Of a stretch of 64,000 nucleotides of DNA, positions 1 to 8,492 are shown one piece after another. Numbering within the stretch: the stretch's first letter is position 1; each line of letters opens with the position of its first letter. The notes beneath the pieces are model-generated. The model was not told the DNA's origin. It saw only the letters and a list, made by a program, of their open reading frames with translations, and made no database searches. The stretch comes from Balneolaceae bacterium (GTDB taxonomy: Bacteria; Bacteroidota; Rhodothermia; Balneolales; Balneolaceae): positions 297,038 through 361,037 of the forward strand of contig CBDETC010000002.1 of assembly GCA_965242845.1 (NCBI GenBank), read 5' to 3'. Position numbers and translations under genes: made by a program.

Positions 1-644
1 ATTTCTCCACTATAGGTCTTTACCTGACCATCAAAAACCATAGTTTGAATTTGCTCCATCACTTCTTCCTTCCTATCTAAAACAGCCCTTTCTAAACTCC
101 TGGACCTTAAACTCAGATCTGTCTCGTATCTGCGGTCAGCAAACACTTCGTAGATTACTTCGAGTCCCAAATCCTGAGCAATTTGAGCAGATACAAAACC
201 CTCTGGTAGATATACCTTTGTGTTCCCTGCTACTGATTTAATAGTTGAAAGAACTGTTTCAGCCGTTTGCTGATCTTTTGCGGCATGATTATAAAGAGCT
301 CCATGAGGTTTGACATGATGAAGAGGTAAACCTTCCTTATGCAGAATATCGAGAAAAGTCTCTAGTTGGACTTTGATACTATCTGAAAGCTTTTCTGGGC
401 TGATGTCCATGACAACTCTTCCAAAATTTTCCCTATCCGGGTAACCAGGATGGGCACCTATGGCTACTTCATAGTTCTGAGCCATGATCATGGTGGTTCG
501 CATTGAGTGCCCATCCCCAATGTGTCCGCCACAAGCAATATTGCAGGATGAGATATAGGGCATTATGGCCTCATCCCTTAATCTATGCTCCGGGTTTTTC
601 CATTCTCCCAGATCACAGTTCAGGTCTATTCGCTTAGTACTCAT
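1..644 (-). CDS. pxpA: 5-oxoprolinase subunit A (PxpA, LamB/YcsF family); 3' end runs off the window
   Basis: Not in the supplied track because it is open at the window edge. My reverse-strand translation from the ATG at 644 gives MSTKRIDLNCDLGEWKNPEHRLRDEAIMPYISSCNIACGGHIGDGHSMRTTMIMAQ...AIGAHPGYPDRENFGR. This matches the LamB/YcsF blocks DLNxDxGE, NIACGxHxGD and GAHPxxPDRxxFGR. The ATG overlaps the stop of the upstream gene (ATGA). Confidence 0.85.
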   Translation of the reverse strand, partial: MSTKRIDLNCDLGEWKNPEHRLRDEAIMPYISSCNIACGGHIGDGHSMRTTMIMAQNYEVAIGAHPGYPDRENFGRVVMDISPEKLSDSIKVQLETFLDILHKEGLPLHHVKPHGALYNHAAKDQQTAETVLSTIKSVAGNTKVYLPEGFVSAQIAQDLGLEVIYEVFADRRYETDLSLRSRSLERAVLDRKEEVMEQIQTMVFDGQVKTYSGE

Positions 645-1873
645 AGAAAATGAAATACGGAATTAAGACTTCGAAAACTTATCAAAATGGTAACCAGAAT
701 CACTCCTAAAGCAAGAATATTCTGAAATCTTGAGTTTACATATGCACCCAATAAGGAGGATTTGTTCATGATATACAATAGAAAGCCTGCCACCAGGGGA
801 AGCAAAATACCGTTTGCTACCTGAGCAAACTGAATGATTTGAACGGGGTTAATCCCCAGCATCGAAAATATAACGCCAATAATAAGAATCACCATCCAGA
901 TAGATTTGAAACGAAAGGAAGAAGTCCCTTCTTCCCATCCCAGAATGCCTTTTGCAGCATAAGCCGCGGCAAGCGGAGCAGTAATTGCAGATGAAATTCC
1001 TGCAGCGAATAACCCAATCCCCAAGAAATATCCCGACCAACTTCCTAAAAGTGGTTCCAATTGAGCAGCCATATCAGCCGCATTTGAAATCCCTCTTTCT
1101 CCAAATAAAGCTGTAGCACTGGTAATGATAATACATGCTGAAATAAGACCTCCCAGAATTATAGCCACATTATTCTCTCTTCTTAACTCAGGGAGTTCAT
1201 CCGCACTTTTGTACTTATTTTGAACCACTGATGCATGCAAAAACAAGTTATAGGGTACTACAGTAGTTCCAATCAGTGCGACCACAGTAAGAAACTGGTC
1301 GGCCGAGGCCCTTGGAATTAGCAAGCCTTTCAGGATACCCACTAAGTCTGGCTGAACAACAATGGCGGTTGTAACAAAAACAAGGCTCATCAAGCCCACC
1401 AATGCGATAAGCGATCGCTCGATAATTTTTGAACTGCCCAATGAAAGTATTATAAAGGCAATGACACCGATAATTAGCGGGGGCATAGAAAAACTGATCC
1501 CTCCTATTTCTAATCGGAAATCTGATATTAATTCCTCGAAACCAAGTGCTGCTCCGGCAATATTTCCCCCCTCATAGGCAGCATTACCTATTACTATCGC
1601 TCCTAATACCAAACAAATTCCTAAAAAGCGGACTATTGGATTAGTTAGCTGCTCCCTTATCGCTTCCCCAAATCCTTTTTGTGTTACAACACCTAATCGA
1701 GCCGACATTTCCTGTAAAACAATGGTTGCAATCACAGAAAATAAAAGAGCCCATAGCAGCATGTATCCTGATCTAACCCCTGCCAGCGTGCAGACTGTAA
1801 CGGTACCTGGACCAATAAATGCAGCCGTCACCAAGGTACTTGGTCCGAAGTATTTCTTTAGGAATGAATTCAA
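641..1873 (-). CDS. Nramp-fold membrane transporter (YcsG-like branch, metal-site motifs substituted)
   Basis: 410-aa polytopic ORF. The TM1 block AAFIGPGTVTVCTLAG and TM6 block GTTVVPYNLFLHAS align to the Nramp/MntH blocks IDPGNFATNIQAG and GATVMPHVIYLHS, but with D->G, N->T, M->V and H->Y. Confidence 0.8.
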   Translation of the reverse strand: MNSFLKKYFGPSTLVTAAFIGPGTVTVCTLAGVRSGYMLLWALLFSVIATIVLQEMSARLGVVTQKGFGEAIREQLTNPIVRFLGICLVLGAIVIGNAAYEGGNIAGAALGFEELISDFRLEIGGISFSMPPLIIGVIAFIILSLGSSKIIERSLIALVGLMSLVFVTTAIVVQPDLVGILKGLLIPRASADQFLTVVALIGTTVVPYNLFLHASVVQNKYKSADELPELRRENNVAIILGGLISACIIITSATALFGERGISNAADMAAQLEPLLGSWSGYFLGIGLFAAGISSAITAPLAAAYAAKGILGWEEGTSSFRFKSIWMVILIIGVIFSMLGINPVQIIQFAQVANGILLPLVAGFLLYIMNKSSLLGAYVNSRFQNILALGVILVTILISFRSLNSVFHFL

Positions 1874-1956
1874 AACTATTTAAATGAGGCTATTTTATTT
1901 ATGAATCATTAAAACTATAATTGCTCGAAAGGAAGTGAAACCTTTTACCTAAATCA

Positions 1957-2382
1957 ATGGCGGAAAATAAAACAGTACCAACCTCTCTCAGTGTTAAGGA
2001 TTATCTAGATGCGATTGATCATCCACAGAGAAAGGAAGATTGCTTGGTTATCCACGATTTAATGAAAAAAATAACTGGCAAGGAACCTCAGATGTGGGGA
2101 AGTAGTATTGTTGGTTTTGGCACCTATCATTACAAATACGATAGCGGAAGGGAAGGGATCATGCTTACTACCGGTTTTTCGAACCGCAAACAAGCTATTA
2201 CCATTTATCTTGGAAGTGGATTTGACAGATATGATGAGCTTCTCAAGAAAGTAGGTAAGTTTAAAGCAAGTAAAGCATGTTTTTATATAAAGAGGCTTTC
2301 AGACATAGACATTGATGTACTATCCTTATTACTTTCAGAGTCTTTAACAGCCATTGAAAAAAAATACACTATCATTGACTAA
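1957..2382 (+). CDS. DUF1801 (YdhG-like) domain protein
   Basis: 141 aa. The block PQMWGSSIVGFGTYHYKYDSGREG...ITIYL is typical of DUF1801 proteins. Confidence 0.65.
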   Translation: MAENKTVPTSLSVKDYLDAIDHPQRKEDCLVIHDLMKKITGKEPQMWGSSIVGFGTYHYKYDSGREGIMLTTGFSNRKQAITIYLGSGFDRYDELLKKVGKFKASKACFYIKRLSDIDIDVLSLLLSESLTAIEKKYTIID

Positions 2383-2579
2383 AGCGAAGCAAACAGGCAT
2401 TGATTAACTATTTGAATTGGATTTGTTTTCTATGCCACATAAAAACAGTAACGAAATTTTCTCATTCGCTTATGAGAACATGTACTATAACTACCCCAGC
2501 TTCGTATCATGATGGAATTTATATCCATTTATCGGATTCAATAACAGAAGAGTAAAACGAAATCAGGTGATCATCTAGG

Positions 2580-3020
2580 ATGGAAAACAGCATTGAGTTA
2601 AAAACTACTATTTCTACTAACCCCGAAGGAGTTTGGGACGCACTAACAAACCCGGATAAAATTGAGCAATATATGTTTGGTGCGCGTTGCGAAAGTGACT
2701 GGAAGCCCGGTAGTAAAGCCAATTTTTTTGTTACTCAGGATGAAAAAGAAATAACAGTGACAAAAGGAGAAGTAATTCGTGTTCAGGAAAATAAACTATT
2801 GGAGCACACTCTTTTCCCTGCAAACTCAAATATTGACGACACCCCTGAAAACTATATTGTTATTCTTTACGAGCTAGACCCGATATCCGATTCTGAAACG
2901 GAGCTAACCATTACTCAAAAAGGATATAAATATGTTGAAAATGGACTCGAGCGATACATCGAAACGCAAAAGGGTTGGAAAGTAGCACTCCCTAAATTGA
3001 AAGAAGTGGCTGAAGAATAG
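2580..3020 (+). CDS. SRPBCC / AHSA1-like domain protein
   Basis: 146 aa. The N-terminus (IELKTTISTNPEGVWDALTNPDKIEQYMFG) resembles the Activator-of-Hsp90-ATPase-homologue / SRPBCC fold family. Confidence 0.6.
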   Translation: MENSIELKTTISTNPEGVWDALTNPDKIEQYMFGARCESDWKPGSKANFFVTQDEKEITVTKGEVIRVQENKLLEHTLFPANSNIDDTPENYIVILYELDPISDSETELTITQKGYKYVENGLERYIETQKGWKVALPKLKEVAEE

Positions 3021-3027
3021 CCTCCTC

Positions 3028-3819
3028 ATGTTTGATTTTCACTCCGATAAATCAGTCTACTTTAACTATCAGTACTATACTTCTAAAGAGTATATCATCC
3101 CCTTTCTAGAACGTACTTTTGAGCTTTCTCCATCTATGAAAGTGCTCGAAATTGGATGTGCCGAAGCCGGAGTACTTAAAGCTTTTACAGAACGTGGCCA
3201 TAATTGTGTGGGGATTGAACTCAGTGCCCACCGTGTAAAACTAGCTGAACAATTCTTATCAGAAGAAATCGAGAAAGACCAAATTCGATTTTTGACAAAG
3301 AACATCTATGACCTGGATGTACAAAAGGATATCGGGCATACCTTCGATCTGGTAATCCTCAAAGATGTGATCGAACACATTCATGACCAGGAGCGATTTT
3401 TTAGAGCACTACGACAATTGTTATCTCCCAAAGGGAAAATCTTCTTTGGCTTTCCACCCTGGCAAATGCCATTTGGAGGTCATCAACAAATCTGTTCAAA
3501 CAAATTCCTAAGCCTCCTTCCCTATTATCACCTGCTTCCGATGGGAGCTTATACTGGCGTACTAAAGGCGTTCGGAGAAACTGAAAAAAAGATAGCTGCT
3601 CTTGCAGAAATAAAGGAGACGGGCATTTCAATAGAGAGATTTGAGCGTATTTACAATGCTCAGAACTATACATTGCTAAAGAGACAGCTTTTTCTCTTCA
3701 ACCCGATTTACAAGTATAAGTTTAAGCTAACACCAAGAACTCAATTCGGAGTTATCGCAGGAATTCCATGGTTGAGAAATTTCCTTAGCACCTGTGCTTA
3801 TTATGTACTTGAAGCTTAG
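3028..3819 (+). CDS. class I SAM-dependent methyltransferase
   Basis: Motif I VLEIGCAEAG and post-I/II blocks (DLVILKDVIEHI). The stop codon overlaps the stop of the convergent gene. Confidence 0.7.
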   Translation: MFDFHSDKSVYFNYQYYTSKEYIIPFLERTFELSPSMKVLEIGCAEAGVLKAFTERGHNCVGIELSAHRVKLAEQFLSEEIEKDQIRFLTKNIYDLDVQKDIGHTFDLVILKDVIEHIHDQERFFRALRQLLSPKGKIFFGFPPWQMPFGGHQQICSNKFLSLLPYYHLLPMGAYTGVLKAFGETEKKIAALAEIKETGISIERFERIYNAQNYTLLKRQLFLFNPIYKYKFKLTPRTQFGVIAGIPWLRNFLSTCAYYVLEA

Positions 3820-4922
3820 ATAAGAGATAGCTTCTTGTCATAAAGCTCTATACAAGCTTTCCAGTCATAACCTTCTACAAGAGGTTGGGGAATAATTGAT
3901 TTTACCTGACTCCAGTTAATCAGCATGTTCTCCAACGCTTCAGCAAAACTACCTTCTTCATACAAACAGAGTTTTTTTAGCTCTTCAGAAAGATGCTCAG
4001 GATAAGCTAAGCGATCCGGAAGTAGCGGAATGCAATTGCAGTACATTGCCTCAACTACACTCCCACCAAAAAAATCCTGGATAGAAGTAATCGGAAGAAT
4101 ATCTGCCTTCCACAACCAGGAAGCATAATCGCTTCCTTTTTCAGTAAATCCCCAATGCAGGATTTCTTCTTTGAACAATTCCCTGGCAAGATTAAAAATG
4201 GGAGGTATTACATCGTTCTGCTCACCTAAAACCACCAGGTTAAAGGAAATGCCCTTCTTTTTTATATGATGCAGACCCTCGAAGAATTCCTCGGGATTTT
4301 TATCGTACTCCCATCGATGATTCCAGAGAATCACAGGGGCTGTATTCTTTGCTTCTACTCTGAATTTATCGAAACGAGATAAGTCCACTCCCAGGTGTAA
4401 CACCTCACTCTTTGCTTCTATTAGCTGGATATTGCCTTTATCCCGTTTATCAGGGAATTGGTTTAGAAAAGCAGGAAGTGCATTCAGAAAAGAATCTTTA
4501 TGGTATTGGGAATTGAAAAAGATTCTGTCCGCAGCCAATGCTGAAGCATAGTTAATAAATGCGTAATGATTATCCCGTCGATTCTTTACATCTCTGTCTT
4601 GAGGAGACCAGGGATAGGTGAGCTGATTTTCATGGAAATAAACACTCACAGGTATTCCAGCCGACTTTTTCCTTGTAAGCGCCAGAAAAGTGGTTAAATC
4701 AAGCATAGATGAAGCGACGATAGAGTCCGGCACCTTTTCAAGCTGATTGAATTGCTCAGCTAACGCAATCGCTCCTCCATGCATCCTCCACTTCCAGTGC
4801 CTTCCGGGCAGGCTTAGAATATCTACCTGATGAGCGGAGTGTTTCTTATACCCCTCGCACCATTGCTGATGGGATCCGGAAAAGAACGGTTCTATTAATA
4901 AAATGTGCCGGGTAGCAGACAT
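3816..4922 (-). CDS. DUF3524-domain glycosyltransferase, homologue of eukaryotic GTDC1
   Basis: 368 aa. Blocks ILLIEPFFSGSHQQW, YFHENQLTYPW, ILWNHRWEYDKNPEEFF and DFFGGSVVEAMYCNCIPLLPDRLAYPE parallel the GTDC1 blocks I recall (IIEAFYGGSHKQL, YFHENQLIYPV, WPHRWEHDKDPESFF, EFFGVAMLEAVYCGCYPL). Confidence 0.75.
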   Translation of the reverse strand: MSATRHILLIEPFFSGSHQQWCEGYKKHSAHQVDILSLPGRHWKWRMHGGAIALAEQFNQLEKVPDSIVASSMLDLTTFLALTRKKSAGIPVSVYFHENQLTYPWSPQDRDVKNRRDNHYAFINYASALAADRIFFNSQYHKDSFLNALPAFLNQFPDKRDKGNIQLIEAKSEVLHLGVDLSRFDKFRVEAKNTAPVILWNHRWEYDKNPEEFFEGLHHIKKKGISFNLVVLGEQNDVIPPIFNLARELFKEEILHWGFTEKGSDYASWLWKADILPITSIQDFFGGSVVEAMYCNCIPLLPDRLAYPEHLSEELKKLCLYEEGSFAEALENMLINWSQVKSIIPQPLVEGYDWKACIELYDKKLSLI

Positions 4923-4923
4923 A

Positions 4924-5949
4924 CTACCTAAGCTCCTGGATCGCCCGTTCTAATATCGTATCGATGCCGTTGACGGCATCAACAGTGCTAATCCAGACAG
5001 GAATATCAGGATAGATTCCGGTGTATTGATAATCACGACCTTCCGGAAGCTCTTTCTGCGTATTGGAAACGCGCATGCCCCAGCCGTTTGGTAATGCGGA
5101 TAAGATCGGATTTCCACTTCCCCCTCCAGTTGTATCACCAATTATAGTAGCATGAGGAATAGTTCTCATCCCAGAAATAAACCATTCTGTTGAGCTAAAG
5201 CTCCTTCGGTTTGAAAGAACGGCAACAGGTTTTAGATATCGGTCTCCTTCATAAACATCGGTAATTTTTTCCCACCAACCTGTAAAACTGGTTCTTGAAT
5301 CTGGTAATCGGCGCCGGGCTCGAAAAGATAGTCGACCTTCATCATTGAACCTGGAAACAATGATATCAGCATTATTGGAATTACCTCCTCCATTGGATCT
5401 CACATCTATAATAATACCATCTGTATCCCAAAGCAGGTCCAGTATATCATCGATAGCCAGGTAATTGGAAGTGGCCAGGCTACCCGTAAACGTACTTATT
5501 TTTATGTAGCCAATATTCTCCCCATCAATTATTCCATAATCGAGGGCATTATTGAAAGATTTATATTCACTAAAATAGCCGGAAATATCTTCCAGCTGGT
5601 TTTCAGGGTACTGATCATACCAACCCGTATAGCTTATTGCTCCTCCACTGCTAAAAAAGACATTGCTATGTCCGTCCTGAAGTACATTTATAAGCTCTGT
5701 TAGTGAGGCAGTCAATTCGCTGCTACTCGGTCTATCTATAATCCTTTGTCGATTTACCTGGTAAGCAGAATCAAAATCGACATCTAAATATTCAAAGAAA
5801 GAGAACTTGGAATCTACTTCATCATAAAAGATATCATATGTAATCAATGGGTCCCCTGAATCAACATCTGAACCCAGAAAAAGATCCCCACACTGAACAA
5901 GTGTAAAGCTTACCAAAAGGAGAAGTGCTATTCTTTTTAAAGCGTCCAA
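4924..5949 (-). CDS. S41-family peptidase, predicted lipoprotein
   Basis: Signal peptide with a lipobox-like LVQC. Contains the IIIDVRSNGGGNS block and a SNRRSFSSTEWF serine block typical of S41 (C-terminal-processing / IRBP-like) peptidases. Confidence 0.7.
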   Translation of the reverse strand: MDALKRIALLLLVSFTLVQCGDLFLGSDVDSGDPLITYDIFYDEVDSKFSFFEYLDVDFDSAYQVNRQRIIDRPSSSELTASLTELINVLQDGHSNVFFSSGGAISYTGWYDQYPENQLEDISGYFSEYKSFNNALDYGIIDGENIGYIKISTFTGSLATSNYLAIDDILDLLWDTDGIIIDVRSNGGGNSNNADIIVSRFNDEGRLSFRARRRLPDSRTSFTGWWEKITDVYEGDRYLKPVAVLSNRRSFSSTEWFISGMRTIPHATIIGDTTGGGSGNPILSALPNGWGMRVSNTQKELPEGRDYQYTGIYPDIPVWISTVDAVNGIDTILERAIQELR

Positions 5950-6698
5950 AATAAACCTGCCGTAAAATATCTTCTTAGAAGTTTTTGGGTTTCCGGGTCT
6001 TCAAAACGGTGATATTTAAGACGAAATTCGGCTTTAAACGTCACATTTTCTGATAAAGGAAACCAGCCTCTTAGTGAGCTGGTTAAACTGTTGTATTCAT
6101 GCCATCCCAGGTTATAATTCCTGTTCTCCCTCAAGCTTTCAGGCCGACTACCGTAGGAAAGAAATCCAACCCCAAGCTGATATTGAACAAACGATTCTTT
6201 CAACTCAAATTCGGTGAGCATATGAAGTACGGGACCAGCCACATTCATCTCATAAGAGAATTCCTGCTGCGAGCTCCAATTCGTACTTAGGAAATAATCA
6301 TAGTATGAAAAGTGACCCCCTTGGGAAATCCCGAGAAAGATATTCGCTTTATCAGTAGGTGAGTACACCTTCCGAAAATAGGAGATATCCATTTCATAGT
6401 TCATCCCCGTTAGCTGCTCCGTATTCGAACCATCCAGCCGCTCCATGGTAAAGTCGTGCTGGAGATAAGTAATCGTAAATTTATGCTTGTCTGATTGGTA
6501 GCTTATTTCGGGGTTTATCACTACAAAACCAGCCGACTCAAATCTAAACTGACTGAGAAGAAAATCCCGCTGGTCAAGAGATGTAGTTCCCATGTTGGCA
6601 CCAAAAAACCATTGTCCCTGAACACCGACACTCAGGATCAGGCTAAAACTCAGTATCAATAAACTTTTTTTAGCTCTTACCAACGCTGACTCTCCCAA
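5937..6698 (-). CDS. hypothetical outer-membrane beta-barrel-like protein
   Basis: Signal peptide (LLILSFSLILSVGVQGQ), alternating aromatic/hydrophilic strands and an aromatic C-terminus (FTAGLFWTL). Overlaps both neighbouring genes. Confidence 0.4.
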   Translation of the reverse strand: MGESALVRAKKSLLILSFSLILSVGVQGQWFFGANMGTTSLDQRDFLLSQFRFESAGFVVINPEISYQSDKHKFTITYLQHDFTMERLDGSNTEQLTGMNYEMDISYFRKVYSPTDKANIFLGISQGGHFSYYDYFLSTNWSSQQEFSYEMNVAGPVLHMLTEFELKESFVQYQLGVGFLSYGSRPESLRENRNYNLGWHEYNSLTSSLRGWFPLSENVTFKAEFRLKYHRFEDPETQKLLRRYFTAGLFWTL

Positions 6699-7129
6699 AA
6701 GTAGTAGTTATGTTCCTCATCCAGCGTCCATCCTGTTCGTGGATATAGCTGATTTCCTATATCATTGGTTTTCGCCGTTTCCAAATACATGCCGGCCGCT
6801 ACGGTATCTTTGCAAAGTTGTTTAGCACGTTCGATGAGTGCTTTTGAGAAACCCATTCCTCTGAATTCTGGAGCAACATATAAATCATTTAACACCCAAA
6901 GGCGCTTCATTCGGGTAGATGAGAATAACGGATATAGCTGGGTAAACCCTGTTGCCTGCCCATACTCATCTCTGGAAATAAAGATGACCGACTCTTCTTT
7001 CTCAATGCGCTCTCTGAGGAATTTACTGGCAGCCTCAACATCAGATTCCTGCTCATAAAATACCCTGTATCCATCAAAGAGGACTGCAAGGTCATTTAGA
7101 TCATCTATGTCAGCCTGATATACATTCAT
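6677..7129 (-). CDS. GNAT family N-acetyltransferase
   Basis: 150 aa. Contains an acetyl-CoA-binding block LYVAPEFRGMGFSKALIERAKQL (Q/RxxGxG/A type). Confidence 0.75.
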   Translation of the reverse strand: MNVYQADIDDLNDLAVLFDGYRVFYEQESDVEAASKFLRERIEKEESVIFISRDEYGQATGFTQLYPLFSSTRMKRLWVLNDLYVAPEFRGMGFSKALIERAKQLCKDTVAAGMYLETAKTNDIGNQLYPRTGWTLDEEHNYYFWESQRW

Positions 7130-7130
7130 A

Positions 7131-7841
7131 TTAATCGGGAAATGAAGTTAATCTCTTGAGTTGAATCGTGAGTTCATCTCTTTTCCAAACCATCTGGTTC
7201 TCATTTTCAAATGAAAGCGCCCAATAATCTAAGCTTTTCTTTTCATCATAGTACAGAATATCCAATGTTGGTCGATGTGCATCAACTCTCCACATGCCAG
7301 AAGTTCTGCCTTCAGAACCCATCATATTGATTAGATTATCCCATCTGATATGAAAAAACTGGTACTCCCCTTCGGCATAGGTACCCGTGATGTCCTTCTC
7401 ACCTTCCCATACAACATCTATTTGCCATAACCCTACCACATTAGTTCTTAAATCCTTTGGTATTTCCTCGATCCGTTGATACGTAACAATGACTTCTTCT
7501 CCATTCTCCATCCTTTTCCAATGCATCACACCATCACTTATGAAATTGACTGAGAAAGCACCAAATTCATCTTCAAAACCAGTAATTGTGGTTAATGAGA
7601 TTTCCGATTTCTCCTTATTGAAGGACCAGGTCCCATCACCATTTTGAAGCCATCCATTTCCCGTTGTGAAACTTCCATCTCCATTAAACAAACTCCATTT
7701 AGCAACTGGGGTTAATTCCTCGGTTCCAACCTTTACGTTCGTAGCCTCCCATAAACCGGAGATTTGGGCCTCAATCTGTAACGAACTTAGTACCAGAACT
7801 AAAGAGAGAAGCATAGTTACTTTTTTCATCTTACTTGTCAT
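7131..7841 (-). CDS. secreted hypothetical protein (lipocalin-like repeats)
   Basis: Signal peptide ending in EAQ. Two similar halves both begin GLWE/GLWQ, reminiscent of lipocalin-like domains. No family was recognised with confidence. Confidence 0.35.
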   Translation of the reverse strand: MTSKMKKVTMLLSLVLVLSSLQIEAQISGLWEATNVKVGTEELTPVAKWSLFNGDGSFTTGNGWLQNGDGTWSFNKEKSEISLTTITGFEDEFGAFSVNFISDGVMHWKRMENGEEVIVTYQRIEEIPKDLRTNVVGLWQIDVVWEGEKDITGTYAEGEYQFFHIRWDNLINMMGSEGRTSGMWRVDAHRPTLDILYYDEKKSLDYWALSFENENQMVWKRDELTIQLKRLTSFPD

Positions 7842-7871
7842 TGATTTAGATGGTCATTTGATTTTGAACGA

Positions 7872-8486
7872 TTAATTCTTGTCCAGCCACTGTGATAATC
7901 CCATAACATCTGATCTGATTTCTTCTCTCCAGGATTCTCCGAATTTCTCATCGAGATACTTAAATACCTGGAAATTGTAATCGACCATGCATTCACTACC
8001 TGGACTTACACAACCAAAGTCCTCGTATTTGAACCCATATTTTTTTTCATGAACCTCTTGGCCCCAAAATATAACAGGAGCTATTCCTCCCTGAATTAAT
8101 AACCTAGGTTTTCCAACTTCAATATCTCGATTCGCTTCTAGCTCATTGATTACACAATCAGCAATGGAGAGTAGATTCAAACCTTCAACAGGATGGTTCT
8201 TCACTACTATTTGGGTATCGATCTTTGAGCTTCCAAATCCCCAAAAATCAAAAGTGTATTTCCCTGGTTCTAGATTTTCTATTAGAAAATTACCCTTACT
8301 ATCTAGTTCAATTATTTTGTTAACTGGCCCATCTAGAATAAAGGTATAATCCTCTGGTGTATATCTATTAAACCCTACCAGAACTTCAATTGATCCTGCT
8401 ATATACAATGAATCTAATTTATTCTGTGCGAACGTGTTAAATCCGCTCCAGAGAAATATTAAAAGTATGCCAAGAGATTTCCCCAT
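7872..8486 (-). CDS. secreted hypothetical protein (CarboxypepD_reg-like N-terminal domain?)
   Basis: Signal peptide ending in FAQ, followed by a beta-sandwich-like segment (GKYTFDFWGFGSSKIDTQIVV) and a C-terminal Cys-containing domain. Confidence 0.3.
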   Translation of the reverse strand: MGKSLGILLIFLWSGFNTFAQNKLDSLYIAGSIEVLVGFNRYTPEDYTFILDGPVNKIIELDSKGNFLIENLEPGKYTFDFWGFGSSKIDTQIVVKNHPVEGLNLLSIADCVINELEANRDIEVGKPRLLIQGGIAPVIFWGQEVHEKKYGFKYEDFGCVSPGSECMVDYNFQVFKYLDEKFGESWREEIRSDVMGLSQWLDKN

Positions 8487-8492
8487 ACTTTA

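Noticed and set aside
3816-3819. Convergent genes whose stop codons overlap: TAG on the plus strand at 3817-3819 and TAA on the minus strand at 3816-3818.
   Set aside because: The overlap is real but is a trivial consequence of genome compaction. There is no hairpin or other signal at the junction.
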